A stretch of 32,000 bases of DNA from Thermodesulfobacteriota bacterium (GTDB lineage Bacteria > Desulfobacterota > WTBG01 > JAGOGO01). Below are positions 26,023 to 32,000 of this stretch, one piece after another. The stretch is from positions 3,102,651-3,134,650 of the forward strand of contig CP113000.1 of assembly GCA_026625185.1 (NCBI GenBank), written 5' to 3'. The first letter of the stretch is position 1; each line of letters opens with the position of its first letter. Under the pieces are notes generated by a model that saw only the letters and a list, made by a program, of their open reading frames with translations, did no database searches and had not been told where the DNA came from. The translations under genes and the position numbers were made by a program.

Positions 26023-26436
26023 GTGAAGGTATTGATTGTGGATGATGACGAAGTATTGGGAGCTTTAATTAGGGCAATGCTCGAGAGAGAGAGCAATTAC
26101 CGGGTAAACACCGCTAAAGATGGACAGGAGGGATATCTGACCTACCTTTACTTCCAACCAAAAATCATTATTACTGATATCGAGATGCCGATAAAAAACG
26201 GTCTAGAAATGGTGCGCGACATCAGGGTGCATGACTCTGATGTAAGAATAATTTATATGAGTGGTGATATCGACCGGTTTTGGTCGCTTCTTGAAAACGA
26301 GAAAACCAAATATCAGGCGGGCTTTCTGAAAAAACCATTTTCCCGGTTTGAACTGGCAAGACTGCTTTCAGAAATCAGCGAAAAACCTTTTCCAAATTTT
26401 CGTTACGAGGGTGGATATACTCATTCATCTCCGTAA
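26023..26436 (+). CDS. Stand-alone response-regulator receiver domain protein
   Basis: Carries KVLIVDDDE, the phospho-acceptor context IIITDIEMP and LKKPF. The start is ambiguous (TTG 25999 or GTG 26023). Confidence 0.8.
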   Translation: MKVLIVDDDEVLGALIRAMLERESNYRVNTAKDGQEGYLTYLYFQPKIIITDIEMPIKNGLEMVRDIRVHDSDVRIIYMSGDIDRFWSLLENEKTKYQAGFLKKPFSRFELARLLSEISEKPFPNFRYEGGYTHSSP

Positions 26437-26625
26437 ACCAGATTCGGGCAACTTTCCACACCCGACTTTTTCTCGGTGAGGATGTTAGAAGGCAGAGAAA
26501 CTTGTTGAAAGCTTCTTCCTTCACTCACCGATGCTAACCTTCTATCCCCTGCATAAAGAGTTTGCGCACCCCGGCAAACTTCCTGACCCCCAGTTAAAAA
26601 GTCATCTCCAATGAGTTAAAGTCAT

Positions 26626-26654
26626 TTGAAAAGAGCTTGAGTGTTGTTTATAAT
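26626..26654 (+). promoter_or_regulatory. Near-consensus sigma-70 promoter placed for a leaderless archease-rtcB transcript
   Basis: TTGAAA (26626-26631), a 17-nt spacer, then TATAAT (26649-26654). The archease ATG at 26661 is 6 nt after the -10 box and has no SD. Confidence 0.55.
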
Positions 26655-26660
26655 AAATTT

Positions 26661-27080
26661 ATGAACGAACATATCCGGTTTATTGATCACACGGCCGATG
26701 TCGGGGTTATTATTTCTGGTCAAAGCTTACCGGAGCTTTTTCAGCATGCCGCCCGAAGCTTTTTTTCCGTTTTGACCGAGGTTGATCAAATTCAGGGAAA
26801 CGAAGCTCACAAGTTCTCGCTTGAGGCGCCGAATCTGGAAGAGCTCTTGGTTTCATGGCTTAATGAATTTCTTTTTCTTTTCGAAACCCAGGAATTGCTT
26901 TTCAGCCGTTTTGACATAAAAAACTTAAATCCAAATGGGCTGGAAGCGACGGTCTGGGGAGAAAAGTATACGCCGGAAAAACACCTCATCAAAAGAATAA
27001 TCAAGGCGGTTACGTTTCATAAACTCGCCATAACGGAAAAAAACGGCCAATGGCAGACCCAGATTATTTACGACCTTTAA
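26661..27080 (+). CDS. Archease (RtcB activator)
   Basis: MNEHIRFIDHTADVGVIISGQSLPELFQHAARSF... carries the archease HTAD motif at the usual N-terminal distance. It sits directly upstream of rtcB. Confidence 0.85.
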   Translation: MNEHIRFIDHTADVGVIISGQSLPELFQHAARSFFSVLTEVDQIQGNEAHKFSLEAPNLEELLVSWLNEFLFLFETQELLFSRFDIKNLNPNGLEATVWGEKYTPEKHLIKRIIKAVTFHKLAITEKNGQWQTQIIYDL

Positions 27081-27095
27081 GTTGAGGTTGTCATT

Positions 27096-28550
27096 ATGAC
27101 TGAAAAGATTAATGTAAAAGTTCAAAAAATTGATCCGTGGCGATGGTTGATTCCGCGGGAAGGCGCTATGAAAACTGACGGTTTGGTCTACGCGGATGAG
27201 AAGATGATCAAAGATATTCAGAAAGACCAAAGTCTCCTCCAAGTTGCCAATGTCGCTACCCTTCCGGGAATTCTCGGAAAATCAATGGCCATGCCCGATA
27301 TTCATTGGGGATATGGGTTCCCCATCGGTGGCGTGGCGGCTTTTGATATGGGAACCGGAGTAGTTTCTCCCGGTGGGGTTGGCTACGACATAAACTGAGG
27401 GGTACGACTGATGCGCTCAGGTTTGAGCCGCGACGACATTCAAAAAAAGATTCACCAACTCGTCGATACCTTGTTCAGGAATATCCCCTCAGGCGTAGGC
27501 TCACATCGGAAAGATCTGAAACTCAGTTATCAAGAACTTGACCGCGTCTTAGAAGAAGGAGCCCAATGGGCGATTAAGCAAGGGTACGGTTCCGCGGAAG
27601 ATAGAGAACACCTGGAAGCCTGCGGCTGCATTGACGGAGCGGATCAAAAAATGGTTAGTGACCGTGCCAAAGAAAGGGGTCGCGCCCAGTTAGGAACTCT
27701 CGGTTCAGGTAACCATTTTGTGGAAATCGGCTATGTTGAGGAAGTCTATGATGTAAAAGCAGCCCAAAAGCTGGGACTCGAAAAAGATGGAGTTACCGTT
27801 TTAGTGCACACCGGCTCCCGAGGATTGGGCCATCAGGTATGCGATGATTTTATACGGGTGATGCTTGAAGCGTCACGGCGACACGGGATTGAACTCCCCG
27901 ATAAGCAACTCTGCTGCGCTCCACTTGATTCTCCGGAGGGGAAACAATATCTGGCGGCTATGGCAAGTGCCGCTAACTTTGCTTTTGCGAATCGCCAGCT
28001 CATTTCCCACTGGACCCGGGAGTCTTTTGAACAGGTGTTTAAGGTGGGGCCAAAATTCCTCCAACTCGAAGTGGTGTATGATGTTTGCCATAATATCGCT
28101 AAAATCGAGGCCCATGATGTGCAAGGAGAAAAAAAGAAAGTATGTGTCCACCGCAAGGGAGCCACCCGGGCATTTCCCCCCGGCCATCCCGAACTCCCTT
28201 TCGACTACCGCGAGATAGGACAGCCTGTGCTCATTCCGGGTGATATGGGCCGGTATTCTTACGTGCTGCTGGGTACTGAAAAAGCTTACCAAGAAACCTT
28301 CGGGTCAACCTGTCATGGAGCGGGCCGGCTCATGAGCAGGCATGAGGCCAAAAGAAAGGCGCAAGGGAAATCAATTAGCAAAGAACTTGAAAGTAAAGGA
28401 ATAATTGTCCGCGGCGCCAGCCGGGAAACCCTGGATGAAGAAATTCCCGAAGCCTACAAAGATGTTAGCGATGTGGTGCAGGTCGTGCATGGGGCCGGGA
28501 TCAGTAAAAAAGTGGTTAGGTTAAAACCTATTGGAGTACTTAAGGGATAG
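27096..28550 (+). CDS. rtcB: RNA 3'-phosphate/5'-OH ligase RtcB with in-frame UGA (putative selenocysteine) at the metal-bridging Cys position
   Basis: Track ORFs 27096-27398 and 27411-28550 are in the same frame. Together they give a 484-codon RtcB carrying [41 protein letters not shown] and STCHGAGR. The only break is TGA 27396-27398, within [18 protein letters not shown], where RtcB proteins have DINCGVRL. Confidence 0.85.
27413..27431 (+). promoter_or_regulatory. Candidate bacterial SECIS hairpin for rtcB
   Basis: Structure gc-gctca-GGTT-tgagc-(c)-gc: a 5-bp core stem plus 2 bp across a one-nt bulge, with a G-rich tetraloop. It starts 14 nt after the UGA. Confidence 0.55.
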
Positions 28551-28639
28551 GGAAAGATGCGATTTAAACGTTTTCAGTCAAACTTGACTATTCAAAAAAA
28601 ATAGTTAAATTTATAACTAGTTGAAATAATTTTTCGTTT

Positions 28640-28697
28640 AAGCCTTGCACTCGTATTCCTCCAATCCTCTCTCCTCCCTTACGAGTGTGAGGCTTTT
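28640..28697 (+). other. Long hairpin with a 24-nt pyrimidine (CU)-rich loop; possible rtcB terminator or structured RNA
   Basis: 16-bp stem aagccttgcactcgta/tacgagtgtgaggctt with two G-U pairs that are valid only on the + strand. The loop ttcctccaatcctctctcctccct contains three CCTCC/CTCC anti-SD-like motifs. It is followed by tttt. Confidence 0.5.
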
Positions 28698-28732
28698 AAT
28701 TAGTTGCTAGGGAATAGTGGCTAGGTTTCTAT

Positions 28733-28942
28733 TTATTGTAACTTATCAGTCTCATTGATAATTTCAGTCAATTCTTTAAGAAATGCGTTGAGCCCTCTTT
28801 CGGGTACAATGATAAAACTCCTCTTATCACCGGATTTTTCCGTAATCTTTAGGTACCGACCGTTTGGGTTCTCTTTAACATCCAAGAAAAAAAGCTTACT
28901 TTCAATTTCAAACCTTCGACTTATTAATTCATTATCCATCAA
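28733..28942 (-). CDS. PUR-alpha-like (DUF3276-type) nucleic-acid-binding protein
   Basis: The 69-aa sequence SKLFFLDVKENPNGRYLKITEKSGDKRSFIIVPERGLNAFLKEL fits the bacterial PUR-repeat pattern. Confidence 0.6.
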   Translation of the reverse strand: MMDNELISRRFEIESKLFFLDVKENPNGRYLKITEKSGDKRSFIIVPERGLNAFLKELTEIINETDKLQ

Positions 28943-29116
28943 ACATTCCCTCCAAGCATAACATTTGAATACTTCAAAATTAAAAGGTTACTGACCATTA
29001 CCCCAAATTCTACATTTAAAGTTTTATTAATCTATCATAACTTTTTTAATCTTAAAATTATTTTTAAAACTAACTCTTTTCCAAAAACTCAACCAATTAC
29101 CTTTGAAAGAACAACG

Positions 29117-30994
29117 CTAAACCGTTCCTATCCTTTTCACGTACACCATAAGGATCGAAAGCGCTGCCGGAGTAATACCCGAAATGCGTGAAGCCTGTCC
29201 CAAAGAAACCGGCCGAATAGCAATTAGTTTTTCCTGGACTTCGCGCGATAGCCCGGGGATTTTCCGGTAATCAAAATCAAATGGCAGTTTTATATTTTCC
29301 ATCTTTTTAAATTTTTCGACGTGTTCCTCTTGGCGGTTAATGTAACCAGCGTATTTTATCTGGATTTCTACTTGTTCAATAACTACTGGTGATATTTCTT
29401 CCAGGATCGGATAACCGAGGACAGAAAGCGTTTTATACGATACCTCCGGGCGACGCAAAATTTCCTCTAACGTGGCGGGGTTTTTAATGGGAGCGGTTCC
29501 GAGACGCACTAAAGCCTCATTTGTCTGCGCGTCAGCCCTGATCTGGATAGAACGAAGCCGCGCAAGTTCCCCCTCAATCGCTTTTTTCTTTTTCCGGAAA
29601 TGCTCATATTCCTCATGAGTAAGCAATCCAAACTGGTAACCTTTTTCCCGAAGTCTCAGGTCGGCATTGTCTTCCCGCAGGATAAGTCGGTATTCAGACC
29701 GAGAAGTAAACATCCGATAAGGCTCTTTAGTGCCTTTGGTAACTAAATCGTCAATCAAAACCCCAATATATCCCTCTGAACGGTCAATAATGATAGGTTC
29801 GCGTTCTTGCGCGGTTAAAGCGGCATTAATGCCCGCAATAAGTCCTTGTCCCGCGGCCTCTTCATATCCGGTGGTGCCGTTAATTTGGCCCGCAAGAAAA
29901 AGATTGCGTATAAGTTTGGTTTCCAAGGTAGGCTTTAGTTGTAATGGATTAACATAATCATGTTCAATCGCATAACCCGGTCTTCTGATTTCAACCTTTT
30001 CCAGTCCCTCGATGCTTCTAAGCATTGCAATCTGAGTATCGTAAGGCAGGCTGGTTGCGACACCATTAGGATAGTATTCATTGGTTTGGATCCCATCGGG
30101 TTCTAAAAAGATCTGGTGTCGTTCCTTATCAGAGAAACGAACTATCTTATCTTCAATTGAAGGACAATATCTCACCCCAGTACCCTCAATAATCCCTGTA
30201 TAAAGAGGTGACCGATCAAATCCGGTCTGAATTATTTTGTGGGTTTTATGATTGGTATAGGTAATATAGCAAACTGCTTGATTATTCAGTTGATTAATTG
30301 TTGAAAACGAAAAAGGAATTGGTGCATCATCTCCCGCTTGAGGGGTAAGTCTTGAAAAATCAATGCTTTTCCCATCAAGACGCGGAGTGGTACCCGTTTT
30401 GAACCGTCCAATTTCAAAGCCCAGTTCTTTAAGCTGTTGAGGAAGAGCAATCGAGGGAAAATCTCCCATCCGACCAGCCGGAAAGTTTACTAAACCGATG
30501 TGAATAAGACCATTAAAGAATGTTCCGGGTGTTATTACTACCGACTTTCCAACGAAACCTTCTTCAGTGTGAGTCTTTATCCCATAGACCGTGCTGTTTT
30601 TTATGAGCACATGGTCAACCATGGATTGTTTAAGGTCTAAGTTTGGCTGTCTTTCTAAGACCGTTTTCATATAAAGTCGATAATCTTGCCGGTCTATTTG
30701 GGCTCGGGAGGAGCGGACTGCTGGACCTTTTTTAGTGTTTAACCGTCGAAATTGAATGCCCGTGTGGTCCGCCGCTTTTCCCATTTCTCCGCCTAATGCA
30801 TCAATTTCTTTGACTATTTGTCCTTTCGCAAGACCGCCGATAGCAGGATTACACGACATGAGGCCGGCATTGTCTATATTCATGGTGATCAGCAGAGTGG
30901 AACAGCCTATCCGGGAAGAGGCTAACGCAGCTTCACACCCCGCATGCCCCCCCCCAATAACAATAACATCATATTCTTTCGGATAAAAAATCAT
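29117..30994 (-). CDS. mnmG: tRNA uridine 5-carboxymethylaminomethyl modification enzyme MnmG (GidA)
   Basis: 625 aa with the FAD motif YDVIVIGGGHAGCEAA, plus SCNPAIGG, TGTTPRL and GQINGTTGYEEAA. Confidence 0.95.
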   Translation of the reverse strand: MIFYPKEYDVIVIGGGHAGCEAALASSRIGCSTLLITMNIDNAGLMSCNPAIGGLAKGQIVKEIDALGGEMGKAADHTGIQFRRLNTKKGPAVRSSRAQIDRQDYRLYMKTVLERQPNLDLKQSMVDHVLIKNSTVYGIKTHTEEGFVGKSVVITPGTFFNGLIHIGLVNFPAGRMGDFPSIALPQQLKELGFEIGRFKTGTTPRLDGKSIDFSRLTPQAGDDAPIPFSFSTINQLNNQAVCYITYTNHKTHKIIQTGFDRSPLYTGIIEGTGVRYCPSIEDKIVRFSDKERHQIFLEPDGIQTNEYYPNGVATSLPYDTQIAMLRSIEGLEKVEIRRPGYAIEHDYVNPLQLKPTLETKLIRNLFLAGQINGTTGYEEAAGQGLIAGINAALTAQEREPIIIDRSEGYIGVLIDDLVTKGTKEPYRMFTSRSEYRLILREDNADLRLREKGYQFGLLTHEEYEHFRKKKKAIEGELARLRSIQIRADAQTNEALVRLGTAPIKNPATLEEILRRPEVSYKTLSVLGYPILEEISPVVIEQVEIQIKYAGYINRQEEHVEKFKKMENIKLPFDFDYRKIPGLSREVQEKLIAIRPVSLGQASRISGITPAALSILMVYVKRIGTV

Positions 30995-31099
30995 CCTGTC
31001 GCACCTATGACAATGTTTTTTAATCAGCTTGATTAATTTTTAAATTTCAATATATTCAATAATATCAAAGAAATTTAAAAAAACAACGTTAAATTACTA

Positions 31100-31128
31100 T
31101 TGACAATTTAATAAATAACAACTAAAAT
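31100..31128 (+). promoter_or_regulatory. Sigma-70-type promoter upstream of dnaJ
   Basis: TTGACA (31100-31105), a 17-nt spacer, then TAAAAT (31123-31128). It lies ~157 nt upstream of the dnaJ ATG. No CIRCE element was seen. Confidence 0.45.
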
Positions 31129-31248
31129 TATTTGTTTAAATAAATCAAAGCAATCTAGTCTATTTTATTACTCTATTTTCCCAAGCACCCACTTCCCTTC
31201 TTAATTTTCTCAAAAAATATAGAAAATCAAAAATAAGGGGAGTGGTAA

Positions 31249-32000
<752 letters not shown>

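Overview
AT-rich chromosomal window from what looks like an anaerobic bacterium that uses selenocysteine; the organism is not identifiable from sequence alone. Left part (1-6.4 kb): an IS transposase remnant, ugd, System II cytochrome c biogenesis (ccsA/resB), and the two-gene COG1900 + NIL-ferredoxin homocysteine route. Centre (6.6-19.3 kb): a large + strand oxygen/ROS-defence island. It holds a Fur/PerR-type operator, a decayed rubrerythrin, rubredoxin-like proteins, two rubredoxins, a Fur-family regulator, a flavin-reductase-rubredoxin fusion, desulfoferrodoxin, a ferritin-like diiron protein, flavodoxin, a YyaL-type thioredoxin-domain protein, IscU/NifS, an Isf-ArsC fusion, a PAS histidine kinase and a flavodiiron protein. 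Right part: a CAP-domain lipoprotein, dodecin and a cydAB relic. These are followed by a histidine kinase / lipoprotein / sigma-54 activator module with a recognisable UAS-IHF-(-24/-12) promoter driving two envelope proteins. After that come an orphan receiver, archease-RtcB, a PUR-like protein, mnmG and the start of dnaJ. The main result is hidden by the ORF track. Three genes carry an in-frame TGA exactly at a catalytic or metal-binding Cys position, each followed by a hairpin at bacterial SECIS distance: a glutaredoxin-like protein (TUPHC), a thioredoxin-fold protein (GUVGC), and the RNA ligase RtcB (GYDIN-U-GVRL, the Mn-bridging Cys). TGA also ends several well-supported genes here, so this is Sec recoding and not an alternative genetic code. 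Several genes are decayed: the transposase, rbr, cydAB and possibly the yyaL start. No rRNA, tRNA or CRISPR array was seen.
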